DNA of 57,397 bases, taken from Actinomycetota bacterium. Its GTDB lineage: Bacteria > Actinomycetota > AC-67. This document shows, piece after piece, positions 35,462 through 44,251 of the stretch. Within the stretch, counting starts at the first letter, position 1, and the number at the start of each line of letters is the position of its first letter. Below the pieces are notes generated by a model that did not search any database, was not told the DNA's origin, and saw nothing but the letters and a program-made list of their open reading frames with translations. The position numbers and the translations under genes were made by a program. The stretch covers positions 1 through 57,397 of the forward strand of contig DATFGK010000110.1 of assembly GCA_035249485.1 (NCBI GenBank), given 5' to 3'.

Positions 35462-36160
35462 GTGCCGGTCTCGAAGCTGACCATCGCCGTGCCCGTCTAC
35501 AACGAGCGCGCGCGCGTCGCACGGGCGCTCAAGGAGCTCCAGTCGACGCCGTTCCCGGTCGAGACGGAGGTCATCGTCGTCGACGACGGTTCCTCGGACG
35601 GAACCTGGGAAGAGCTCGGCCAGATGATGATGCCGGAGAACGTTCGGCTGATCAGGCACCCCGAGAACCGTGGGAAGGGGGCTGCGCTCCGTACGGCGCT
35701 CGAGGCGGCTTCGGGCGATGTGTTCGTTCCGTTCGATGCCGACCTCGAGTACGACCCGGCCGACCTCGCCAAGTGCATCCAGCCGCTGATCCGGGACGAC
35801 GCCGATGTCGTTTACGGGACGAGGAACTTCGGCTCGCACACGGCGTTCTCGTACTGGTACGTGCTCGGGAATAGATTCCTGAACACCTGGGCCAACGTGC
35901 TCTTCAACTGCTACATCTCCGATCTCGAGACCTGTTACAAGATGGTCCGCACCCCGATCCTGCGGTCGCTGGACCTTCGTTCCGACGGCTTCGACATCGA
36001 GGCCGAGGTAACGGCCAAGCTGTTGCGGGCAGACCATCGTCCCTACGAGGTTCCGATCAGCTACAAGGCGCGCACGCGCGCCCAAGGCAAGAAGATCGCG
36101 TGGCAGGACGGCGTGATCGCGCTGTGGGTGATCGCGAAGATCCGCCTCGGTCGCGGGTAG
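35462..36160 (+). CDS. Soluble GT2 glycosyltransferase (232 aa; polyprenyl-phosphate-sugar-synthase-like catalytic domain)
   Basis: GTG start. LTIAVPVYNE...VVDDGSSDGT...NRGKGAALR...FDADLEYDP...DLETCYKM. Confidence 0.85.
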   Translation: MPVSKLTIAVPVYNERARVARALKELQSTPFPVETEVIVVDDGSSDGTWEELGQMMMPENVRLIRHPENRGKGAALRTALEAASGDVFVPFDADLEYDPADLAKCIQPLIRDDADVVYGTRNFGSHTAFSYWYVLGNRFLNTWANVLFNCYISDLETCYKMVRTPILRSLDLRSDGFDIEAEVTAKLLRADHRPYEVPISYKARTRAQGKKIAWQDGVIALWVIAKIRLGRG

Positions 36161-36258
36161 CGTACTGCCCAATCGGGCAGAGCAGGCACTCCGGGAATGG
36201 GTAGAATCGATCGGCTCGTTCGCATCACACCCGTTCCGGAGGCGAGGTTGACCCGCGC

Positions 36259-37623
36259 GTGAAACAAGCAGAACGTCCAACCGTCGAGTTCCGCAGCTAC
36301 CGCGAGAAGCCGCGTCGCAAGCGCAAGGTTCTCAAGTGGCTGCTGATCGCGACGCTGAGCCTCGCCGCACTCGTCGGCGGGACCGCTGCGTACTTGTGGG
36401 ACTACGTCAACGACAAGTTCCGCGAGACCCACCAGGACCTCAAGGTCGATCCGCTTCCGGCCGGGCAAGCACAGAACATCCTCGTCCTCGGCTCGGATCG
36501 GCGGGATGTCGTCGACAAGGCGCAGCAGGACGAACGGGCCTTCCGGGGTGGGAGCGGTCGTCGCGCCGACACCATCCTCGTTGTGCACGTTCCGGCCGAC
36601 CACGCCTCGGCGACGATCCTTTCCTTCCCGCGCGATCTCCGCGTGAGGATCCCCGGCCGCAGCGGTTTCTCCAAGATCAACGCCGCTTACAACGGCGGCA
36701 CCGTCGACGGGAAGAAGCTCAACGGGCCCGACCTGATGATGGAGACGATCCGCCGCCATACGGGTCTCAAGATCCATCACTACGTCGAGATCAACTTCGC
36801 GTCGTTCCAGAAGATCGTCGACGCGGTCGGCGGCGTGAGGCTGTGCGTCGACCGGCCCTACGACGACAAGGAGTCCGGACTGATCGTCGAGAAGGCCGGC
36901 TGCCAGGTCTACGGTGGGAAGCTCGCGCTCTCGTACGTCCGGATGCGCAAGCAGGACCCGCGCGGCGACTTCGGACGGATCGAGCGGCAGCAGCAATTCA
37001 TGCGCGTGCTGATGTCGAAGGTGACGAGCATCGGCGTCCTCGCGGACCCTCTCGCGATCAGGAAGCTCGCCGACGCGGTTGCCGCTGGTGTCATCACCGA
37101 TGAGGAGCTCGATCTCGGCGAGGTTCAGGGGATCGCGAACAAGCTCGCCGACTACAAGCAGTCGAACGTCGACTTCCGCGTCGTGCCGTCGTTCCCCGAC
37201 TACATCGGCGGGGTCTCGTACGTGATCCAACGTGAGGCGCAGGCGAGGGCGCTCTACAAGGCGCTCCGCGAGGACACCGAGCTGCCGCCGTTCGGGAAGA
37301 CCGGCGCCTCGATCCCCAAGCCCGAGGACGTCACGATCCAGGTCCTCAACGGCACCGGGGTTGCAGGCCTGGCCGGCGAGGTGCGTGACGAGCTCGAGAG
37401 GCTCGGCTTCGACGTGACCGAGATCGGCAACGCCGATCGGCGAGACTACGCGGAGACCGTGATCCTCTACCGGTTCGGGGCCGAGGCCAAAGCGGCGCTG
37501 GTGAACGAGCTCCCGGACTTCACCGGCCCGAAGCCCAAGCAGGGTTCGGCCAAGCAGAAGGTCGACATCATCATCATCCTCGGCGCCGACGCGGCCCCCA
37601 CGCCCAGCCCCAGCCCGAGCTAG
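36259..37623 (+). CDS. LCP-family (LytR-CpsA-Psr) glycopolymer-peptidoglycan ligase with LytR_C domain
   Basis: GTG start after GGAGGCGAGG. N-terminal TM helix. ...NILVLGSDRR...RADTILVVHV.......ILSFPRDL.V.IPG....KIN.AY..GG...HYVEINFASF..IVDAVGGV... C-terminal VTIQVLNGTGVAGLAG. Confidence 0.9.
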   Translation: MKQAERPTVEFRSYREKPRRKRKVLKWLLIATLSLAALVGGTAAYLWDYVNDKFRETHQDLKVDPLPAGQAQNILVLGSDRRDVVDKAQQDERAFRGGSGRRADTILVVHVPADHASATILSFPRDLRVRIPGRSGFSKINAAYNGGTVDGKKLNGPDLMMETIRRHTGLKIHHYVEINFASFQKIVDAVGGVRLCVDRPYDDKESGLIVEKAGCQVYGGKLALSYVRMRKQDPRGDFGRIERQQQFMRVLMSKVTSIGVLADPLAIRKLADAVAAGVITDEELDLGEVQGIANKLADYKQSNVDFRVVPSFPDYIGGVSYVIQREAQARALYKALREDTELPPFGKTGASIPKPEDVTIQVLNGTGVAGLAGEVRDELERLGFDVTEIGNADRRDYAETVILYRFGAEAKAALVNELPDFTGPKPKQGSAKQKVDIIIILGADAAPTPSPSPS

Positions 37624-37652
37624 CGGCCTCGACCCGGTACTCTTTCGCCTCG

Positions 37653-38714
37653 ATGAAAGCGCTGATCCCATCCGGCGGCGCCGGTACCCGTTTGCGGCCG
37701 ATCACGCACACCTCGGCAAAGCAACTTGTCCCGATCGCGAACAAGCCGATCCTCTTCTACGGGCTCGAGGCGCTCGCGGCCGCCGGGATCCGCGAGGTGG
37801 GCCTCGTCGTCGGCGACACGGCGCCCGAGATCGAGACGGCGGTCGGCGACGGCTCCGCGTGGGGACTCGAGTGCACCTACATCCCCCAGGAGGCGCCCCT
37901 CGGGCTCGCGCACACCGTGCTCATCTCCCGGGAGTTCCTCGGCGAGGACGACTTCGTGATGTACCTCGGCGACAACGTGCTCAAGGGCGGGATCACAAAT
38001 CTCGTAACCGCTTTCGAGGAGCGCCGCTGCGCCGCGCAGATCCTGCTCGCGCACGTGCTCGACCCGCAGCGCTTCGGTGTCGCCGAGCTCGACGGCGAGC
38101 GCATCGTCCGGCTGATCGAGAAGCCGCCGGACCCGCCCTCCGACCTGGCGCTCGTCGGCGTCTACCTGTTCACGCCGCTGATCCACGAAGCGGTTCGCGC
38201 GATCCAGCCGTCCGGGCGCGGCGAGCTCGAGATCACCGACGCGATCCAGTGGCTGATCGACAACGGCCACGAGGTCCGGCCGCATCTCGTCGAGGGCTGG
38301 TGGAAGGACACCGGGAAGCTCAACGACCTGCTCGATGCGAACCGCCTGATCATGGAGGATCTCAAGCCCGAGCGGGACGGCACCGCCGATGAGAAGTCCA
38401 CCCTCGTGGGCAACGTGGTGCTCCAGGAGGGTTCGGTCGTCGAGAACTCTTCGATCCGTGGTCCGGCGGTGATCGGGCGCGACACGCGCGTGGTCGACTC
38501 GTTCATCGGGCCGTACACGGCGATCGGCGACGGCTGCACGATCGAGGACTCGGAGATCGAGCACTCGGTGATCATGGAGGGCTGCACCGTTCGCGGGATG
38601 CACCGCCTCGAGGATTCGCTGCTCGGGAAAGAGGTCACGGTCGAGCGCTCGGACGACAAGCCGAAGGCCTACCGCCTGATGGTCGGGGATCACGGCCGCG
38701 TCGGGGTGATCTAG
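37653..38714 (+). CDS. rmlA: Glucose-1-phosphate thymidylyltransferase (long, ~355-aa form)
   Basis: MKALIPSGGAGTRLRPITHTSAKQLVPIANKPIL.Y.LE......I.EVG.VVG...; a left-handed beta-helix-like C-terminus. Confidence 0.9.
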   Translation: MKALIPSGGAGTRLRPITHTSAKQLVPIANKPILFYGLEALAAAGIREVGLVVGDTAPEIETAVGDGSAWGLECTYIPQEAPLGLAHTVLISREFLGEDDFVMYLGDNVLKGGITNLVTAFEERRCAAQILLAHVLDPQRFGVAELDGERIVRLIEKPPDPPSDLALVGVYLFTPLIHEAVRAIQPSGRGELEITDAIQWLIDNGHEVRPHLVEGWWKDTGKLNDLLDANRLIMEDLKPERDGTADEKSTLVGNVVLQEGSVVENSSIRGPAVIGRDTRVVDSFIGPYTAIGDGCTIEDSEIEHSVIMEGCTVRGMHRLEDSLLGKEVTVERSDDKPKAYRLMVGDHGRVGVI

Positions 38715-39680
38715 TTGCGTCTGCTGGTCACCGGCGGCGCCGGGTTCATCGGCTCCAACTACGTCCGCTGGGTCCTTCGCGAGCGGACCGACGTCGAGCT
38801 CACCAACTACGACCTGCTCACGTACGCCGGCAACCTCGAGAACCTCCGCGATATCGAGGAGGGCAACCGGTATCGCTTCGTGAAGGGCGACATCTGCGAC
38901 TCGGCGTTGCTCGACGAGGTGCTGCCGGGCCACGACGCGATCGTGAACTTCGCCGCCGAGTCGCACGTCGACCGTTCGATCGATTGGGCAGCCGAGTTCG
39001 TGCGGACGAACATGCTCGGGACGAACGCGCTCCTCGAGGCCGCCCGGCGTCACGGCACGCCGCGCTACCTCCAGGTATCGACCGACGAGACCTACGGCTC
39101 GATCGACGTGGGCTCGTTCCAAGAGGAGGATCGGCTCGATCCGTCGAGCCCGTACTCGGCGTCGAAGGCCGGCGGCGACATGCTCGTCCGCGCGTACCAC
39201 CGGACCTACGGCCTGCCGGTGCTGATCACCCGCGGATCGAACACCTACGGGCCGTACCAGTATCCCGAGAAGGTCATCCCGCTGTTCGTGACCAACCTGC
39301 TCGAGGACAAGCCGGTGCCGCTGTACGGCGACGGGCTCAACGTGCGGGACTGGATCCACGTCGAGGACCACGCCGCCGGGATCCACGCGGTGCTCGAGAA
39401 CGGAGAGTTCGGCCAGATCTACAACGTGGCCGGTGGCAACGAGCTCACCAACATCGAACTAACGAAGCGGATCTGCGATCTGCTCGGCAAGCCGCACTCG
39501 CTCATCACCCCGGTGACGGACCGGCCGGGCCACGACCGCCGGTACTCGGTCGACACGACCCGGGCGCGTGCGCTCGGCTGGGAGCCTCGATGGGACCTGG
39601 ACGACGGGCTCATCGCCACCGTCGAGTGGTATCGCGAGAACCGCTGGTGGTGGGAACCGATCCGCGCCCGCCAGGGGTGA
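38715..39680 (+). CDS. rmlB: dTDP-glucose 4,6-dehydratase
   Basis: TTG start directly after the rmlA stop. LLVTGGAGFIGSNYVR...LTYAGNLENL...FVKGDI.D...NFAAESHVDRSI....F..TN..GT..LLEA....QVSTDE.YG...PSSPYSASKA..D. Confidence 0.95.
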   Translation: MRLLVTGGAGFIGSNYVRWVLRERTDVELTNYDLLTYAGNLENLRDIEEGNRYRFVKGDICDSALLDEVLPGHDAIVNFAAESHVDRSIDWAAEFVRTNMLGTNALLEAARRHGTPRYLQVSTDETYGSIDVGSFQEEDRLDPSSPYSASKAGGDMLVRAYHRTYGLPVLITRGSNTYGPYQYPEKVIPLFVTNLLEDKPVPLYGDGLNVRDWIHVEDHAAGIHAVLENGEFGQIYNVAGGNELTNIELTKRICDLLGKPHSLITPVTDRPGHDRRYSVDTTRARALGWEPRWDLDDGLIATVEWYRENRWWWEPIRARQG

Positions 39681-39684
39681 ACGC

Positions 39685-40542
39685 GTGCGTGTGTTGATCA
39701 CCGGGGGCGCCGGACAGCTCGGCCGCGACCTCGCCGGCGTGCTGGGCGCGGACGCGATCCCGCTTTCGCATCAAGAGCTGGACGTCGCGGACGCGCACGC
39801 CGTGGCCGCCGCCGTCGCAGCGCACCGGCCGGATGCGATCGTGAACTGTGCCGCCTGGACAGACGTGGACGGCTGCGAGGGCGACCCCGTGCACGCGATG
39901 CTCCTCAACGCCGAGGGGCCGCGCAACATCGCCCGCGCGGCCGGCGACGCGCTCGTCGTCCAGATCTCGACCGACTACGTGTTCGACGGGCGCTCCGATC
40001 GCGCGTACATCGAGTCCGACCCGGTGAACCCGGTGTCCGAGTACGGCCGCTCGAAGCTGGAAGGGGAGCGGGCGGTTGCGGCCGAAGGCCGGCGTTGGGC
40101 TGTCGTGCGCACGGCGTGGCTGTACGGCACGGGCACGAAGAACTTCGTCGCGGCGATCCTGCGCGCGTCTCGGACGCGGGAGCGTCTACAGGTCGTCGAC
40201 GACCAGATCGGCTCGCCGACGTCGACGCCCGATCTGGCGAACGCTCTTGTGATCCTGTTGGAGCTCGGCGTCACCGGCTTGCTGCACGGGGTCAACGCGG
40301 GGATCTGCTCGCGGTGGGAGTTCGCACGCGCCGCCTTCGAGATCGCCGGGCTCGACCCCGAGCGCGTCGAGCCGGTGCCGACCTCGGCCATGCCGCGCCC
40401 CGCCATCCGCCCGGCGTACGCGCCGATGGAGGGGCCGGCGTGGCGTACCGCCGGATTGCCCGACCTGCGTCACTGGCGCGAGGCGCTCGCCGAGGTCGTG
40501 CCCGGCGTGCTCGCGTCCCTCGACGCGGAACCGGCCGCATGA
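39685..40542 (+). CDS. rmlD: dTDP-4-dehydrorhamnose reductase
   Basis: GTG at 39685 (alternatives 39691 and 39694). VLITGGAGQLG.DL......LDV.D......PD.IVNCAAWT.VD.CE...A...NA.GP.N.A......V.ISTDYVFDG......E.D...P...YGRSKL.GE. Confidence 0.85.
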   Translation: MRVLITGGAGQLGRDLAGVLGADAIPLSHQELDVADAHAVAAAVAAHRPDAIVNCAAWTDVDGCEGDPVHAMLLNAEGPRNIARAAGDALVVQISTDYVFDGRSDRAYIESDPVNPVSEYGRSKLEGERAVAAEGRRWAVVRTAWLYGTGTKNFVAAILRASRTRERLQVVDDQIGSPTSTPDLANALVILLELGVTGLLHGVNAGICSRWEFARAAFEIAGLDPERVEPVPTSAMPRPAIRPAYAPMEGPAWRTAGLPDLRHWREALAEVVPGVLASLDAEPAA

Positions 40543-41537
40543 AGGCGCTCATCCTCGCCGGCGGCGAAGGGACGCGCTTGCGGCCGCTCACGTACACGAC
40601 GCCCAAGTCCCTGCTTCCGATCTGCAACCGTCCGTTCCTCGAGCATCAGCTGCGGCTGATGGGTTCCCATGGGATCACCGACGCGATGCTGCTGACCGGG
40701 TATCTCGCGGACGCTTTCGATCCGTTCGTGAAGCGGATGTCGAGGGAGGGGATCCAGCTCGAGGTCGTGCGCGAGGCGCAGCCGCTGGGCACGGCCGGCG
40801 CGGTCCGCAACGTGCTCGACCGGATGGACGGCACCACGATCGTGTTCAACGGCGACGTGCTGACCGACCTCGATCTCTCCGCTCTGCTCGGCGCCCACCG
40901 GGCGAACCGAGCGGTCGCGACGCTCACGCTGACGCCGGTCGACGACGCGAGCGCGTACGGGCTGGTGCCACTGGACGAGGCCGGCCGGGTTATGGGGTTC
41001 ATAGAGAAACCGCCGCCCGAGGTCGCGGAGAAAGGCGGGCTCATCAACGCCGGGACGTACGTGCTCGAACCGTCGGTGTTCGACGGGGTGCCCGCCGGCG
41101 AGATGTGGTCGTTCGAGCGACAGGTCTTCCCGTCGCTCGTCGAGCGCGGTGAACCGGTCTTCGGGTTCCCCTCCGAGGCGTACTGGCTCGACATCGGGAC
41201 ACCCGAGCGGTACCTCCAAGCGCACTGGGATGTCCTCGCCGGGCGTTCGCGCACGACCGAGCCGCTGGGTCGCAGGTCGGGTGACGTGTTGCTCGCCGAT
41301 GGCGCGAGCGCACCCGACGGGATCACAGGACCGGCCGTGCTGGGACCCGGCGCTCGCGTGGAGAAGGGCGCCGTGGTCGAGCGCGTCGTGCTGCTCGAGG
41401 GCGCCGTCGTACGGACCGGTGCCGTACTGCGGGACGCCGTCGTCGGGCCGGGCGGCCGCGCGGCGGGGCATAACGACTCGCGTGCGGCGATCATCGTGCC
41501 TGGTCAGGAGGGTTCCTCCCTCTCAAACGGCGGCTGA
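40539..41537 (+). CDS. NDP-sugar pyrophosphorylase (mannose-1-phosphate guanylyltransferase/ManB-like)
   Basis: ATGA overlap with the rmlD stop. MKALILAGGEGTRLRPLTYTTPKSLLPICNRPFLEH......G......LTGY...GTAGAV...NGDVLTDLD...INAGTYVLEP. Confidence 0.8.
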   Translation: MKALILAGGEGTRLRPLTYTTPKSLLPICNRPFLEHQLRLMGSHGITDAMLLTGYLADAFDPFVKRMSREGIQLEVVREAQPLGTAGAVRNVLDRMDGTTIVFNGDVLTDLDLSALLGAHRANRAVATLTLTPVDDASAYGLVPLDEAGRVMGFIEKPPPEVAEKGGLINAGTYVLEPSVFDGVPAGEMWSFERQVFPSLVERGEPVFGFPSEAYWLDIGTPERYLQAHWDVLAGRSRTTEPLGRRSGDVLLADGASAPDGITGPAVLGPGARVEKGAVVERVVLLEGAVVRTGAVLRDAVVGPGGRAAGHNDSRAAIIVPGQEGSSLSNGG

Positions 41538-41580
41538 GGGCGCCGATAAGATAAGGGTCCGTTCGGCTCGGAGCGCTCCC

Positions 41581-43242
41581 TTGCCCAAGGTCGTCATCAC
41601 GCTCCCCGCGTATCGCGCGGAAGCAACCCTCGCCAAGACGGTGGCCGATATCCCGGCCGGCGTAGCGGATCAGCTCATCCTCGTCGACGACGCGAGCGGC
41701 GATCAGACCGTCGAGCGTGCCCGCGAGCTCGGGATCGAGGTCCACGTTCACGAGGTCAACCGCGGCTACGGCGGGAACCAGAAGACCTGCTACACGGAGG
41801 CGCTGCGCGCCGGCGCGGACGTCGTCGTGCTGCTCCACCCCGACTACCAGTACGACCCCAAGGCCGTGCCGCTGCTGATCGCGCCTATCCTGGCCGGCGA
41901 CGCCGATATGACCTTCGGCTCGCGGTTCGCCGGGCTCGGCGATCCGATTGGCGGCGGGATGCCGCTGTACCGGTACCTCGGCAACCGCTTCACGACCACG
42001 GTCGAGAACCTCTTGCTCGGCGCGCGCTTCACGGACATGCACTCGGGTCTGCGCGCGTATACGCGGAAGTGTCTGCTGTCGATGCCGTTCAGGAAGTACT
42101 CGGACGACTTCATGTTCGACTCGCAGTTCCTGATCGACGCGGTGACCTCCGGCCAGCGTGTCGTCGAGGTCCCGATCCCGACGCGGTACACGAAGGAATC
42201 GTCGTCGATCTCGGTCTCACGCTCGATCAAGTACGTCACCGGAAGCGTCGGCTACTCCTCGAAGCGCTTCGTCGAGCGCGGCCGCCGCGGCGACCGGTAC
42301 CCGGTGTCCGCGCGGAAGCGCCGCAAACGGAAGCTCGGCGACGGGCCGCCGGTCGAGCGACCGTGCGCGCTGTGCGGAGACACGAAGCAAGTCCTGGTCT
42401 ACCGGGCGAACGCGACGGGCGACGTGCCGGTGAGCGAGTTCGCATGCACGACCAACGCGCTGTCGAGCCACGACGACATCATCCAGTGCCGCCGGTGCGG
42501 GATGGTCTCCGCCGTCCCGACGATCGGTCACGACGACATAGTCGAAGGCTACAAGCGTGTCGTCGACGACCAGTACCTCGTCGAGGAGGCCGGACGCCGC
42601 GAGCTCTTCACCTGGATCACTGAAGCGATGGGCGCGTACGTCGTTCGCGGCCGGCGGCTGCTCGAGGTCGGATCCAACATGGGCCTCTTCCTCGACGTCG
42701 CCGGAGCGCATGGGTGGCAGGCTCGCGGGATCGAGCCCTCGAAGTGGGCGGTCGAGCAAGGCGTCGAGCGGTTCGGCGTCGATCTGCGCCAGGGCACGAT
42801 CGAGGACCTCCAGATCGAGCCGGGAAGCGCCGACGCCGTCGCGATGTTCGACGTGCTCGAGCACGTGACCGACCCGCTCGGCGCTCTCAAGACGCTCCGC
42901 GACGTCATCGACGAGGAAGGCGTACTGACGCTCTCGACGGTGAACGTCGCCGGGCTGCACGCGCGCCTGCGCGGACGGACGTGGCCGTGGTTCATCCGGT
43001 CGCACCTGCACTATTTCTCGCCGCAGACGCTGGGGGAGATGCTCGAGCGCGCCGGCTTCAGGATGGTGCAATGGGAGGTCGCGCCCCGTTCGTTCAAGCT
43101 CTCGTATGTGGCCGGTCGTCTGCAGGAGTCCAACGCCGCTGCGGCTCGGGCGGTCCGCGGCGTGGCGTCCGTAGCCGACCCGCGCATCCCGTTCGGCTGG
43201 CTCGGGGATATCGTGGTCGTTGTCGCGCGCCCCGAGAAGTGA
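41581..43242 (+). CDS. Fusion protein: GT2 glycosyltransferase + CxxC..CxxC zinc-ribbon + class I SAM-methyltransferase
   Basis: TTG at 41581, 7 nt after GGAG. GT2: VVITLPAYRAE...LVDDASGDQT...LLHPDYQYDP. Linker CALCGD...IQCRRCG. MT: LLEVGSNMGLFL...ADAVAMFDVLEHV.DP... Confidence 0.8.
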   Translation: MPKVVITLPAYRAEATLAKTVADIPAGVADQLILVDDASGDQTVERARELGIEVHVHEVNRGYGGNQKTCYTEALRAGADVVVLLHPDYQYDPKAVPLLIAPILAGDADMTFGSRFAGLGDPIGGGMPLYRYLGNRFTTTVENLLLGARFTDMHSGLRAYTRKCLLSMPFRKYSDDFMFDSQFLIDAVTSGQRVVEVPIPTRYTKESSSISVSRSIKYVTGSVGYSSKRFVERGRRGDRYPVSARKRRKRKLGDGPPVERPCALCGDTKQVLVYRANATGDVPVSEFACTTNALSSHDDIIQCRRCGMVSAVPTIGHDDIVEGYKRVVDDQYLVEEAGRRELFTWITEAMGAYVVRGRRLLEVGSNMGLFLDVAGAHGWQARGIEPSKWAVEQGVERFGVDLRQGTIEDLQIEPGSADAVAMFDVLEHVTDPLGALKTLRDVIDEEGVLTLSTVNVAGLHARLRGRTWPWFIRSHLHYFSPQTLGEMLERAGFRMVQWEVAPRSFKLSYVAGRLQESNAAAARAVRGVASVADPRIPFGWLGDIVVVVARPEK

Positions 43243-43294
43243 GCGGCTCCACCCGCGCGTTGAGCGGCGACGATCGGCGGGATACGTTGTGCCG

Positions 43295-44251
43295 ATGACC
43301 GCGAACCCGCCGCGCGTGTACACGATCGTCCTCAATTACATGCGGAGCGACGACACGATTCGGTGCGTGTCGTCGCTGCGCGATAGCACGTACCGGGATC
43401 AGTTCCTCGTCGTCGTCGACAACGGATCCGGGCGGGAAGCGAGACGTGAGCTTGCCGAAGGGCTCGGCAGCGTGCCGCTGATCGAGTCGGGCGAGAACCT
43501 CGGGTTCGCCGGCGGCAACAACCTCGGCATCGTCCACGGGCTCGATCGCGGCGCCGATTACGTCTGGATCCTGAACCCCGACACGGTCGTCGAGGCCGGC
43601 ACGCTCGAACGGCTCGTTCGAACGATGTCACGATTCCCCGAAGCCGGGATCGTCGGAAGCCGGATCCTCCGGGGCGACGACGGCGCCACGGTTCTCTTCA
43701 ATGGAGGACGGATCGACTGGAGCCGTGGAGGCAAGCCGGTCCTCCCGGGCATGGGCAAGCCCGAGGCGGCGATGCCCCCCGCCAAGGTGACGACGATCGA
43801 CTACGCGACGGGCGCGAGCATGCTCGTGCGGCGCAGGCTTTTCGAGGAGATCGGGCTCCTGCCGGAGCGATACTTCCTCTACTTCGAGGAGACGGACTTC
43901 AACACCCGCGCGATCCGTGCTGGTTGGAAGGTCCTCCTCGAGCCGCGGTCCCGGGTGCTGCACTTCCGGCGCTCGTGGGCCAACGTGCCTTCCCCGTACT
44001 ACGTCTTCTACTTCGTGCGGAACAGGATCCTGTTCGGACGCACGTTCTCGACGGCGCCGACCGACGTCATGGTCGACGACCTGCACGACGCCATCACGAG
44101 CTGGCGGACGAAGATCGCGCGGAGGGGGCCCGACCTCGCCGCCGCCTTCGAGCGCGTCGTCGCCGATGCCCTGGCCGACGGGACGGCGATGCGCGACGGC
44201 CCGCGACCCGAGTACAACGCGCTCCGCTGGGAAGAGCTCTCCGATGTCTGA
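43295..44251 (+). CDS. GT2 glycosyltransferase (rhamnosyltransferase/WbbL-like architecture)
   Basis: ATG at 43295. VYTIVLNYMRSDDTIRCV.SL......VVVDNGS...N.GFAGGNN.G......DYVWILNPD...ASMLVRR.LFEEIG.L.E.YFLYFEE.DF. Confidence 0.85.
   Translation: MTANPPRVYTIVLNYMRSDDTIRCVSSLRDSTYRDQFLVVVDNGSGREARRELAEGLGSVPLIESGENLGFAGGNNLGIVHGLDRGADYVWILNPDTVVEAGTLERLVRTMSRFPEAGIVGSRILRGDDGATVLFNGGRIDWSRGGKPVLPGMGKPEAAMPPAKVTTIDYATGASMLVRRRLFEEIGLLPERYFLYFEETDFNTRAIRAGWKVLLEPRSRVLHFRRSWANVPSPYYVFYFVRNRILFGRTFSTAPTDVMVDDLHDAITSWRTKIARRGPDLAAAFERVVADALADGTAMRDGPRPEYNALRWEELSDV

Noticed and set aside
37560-37620. Short CCCAGCCCCAGCCCGAGC repeat at the 3' end of the LCP gene
   Set aside because: It simply encodes a C-terminal PTPSPSPS low-complexity tail. 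It is too short and in-frame to be treated as an independent repeat element.
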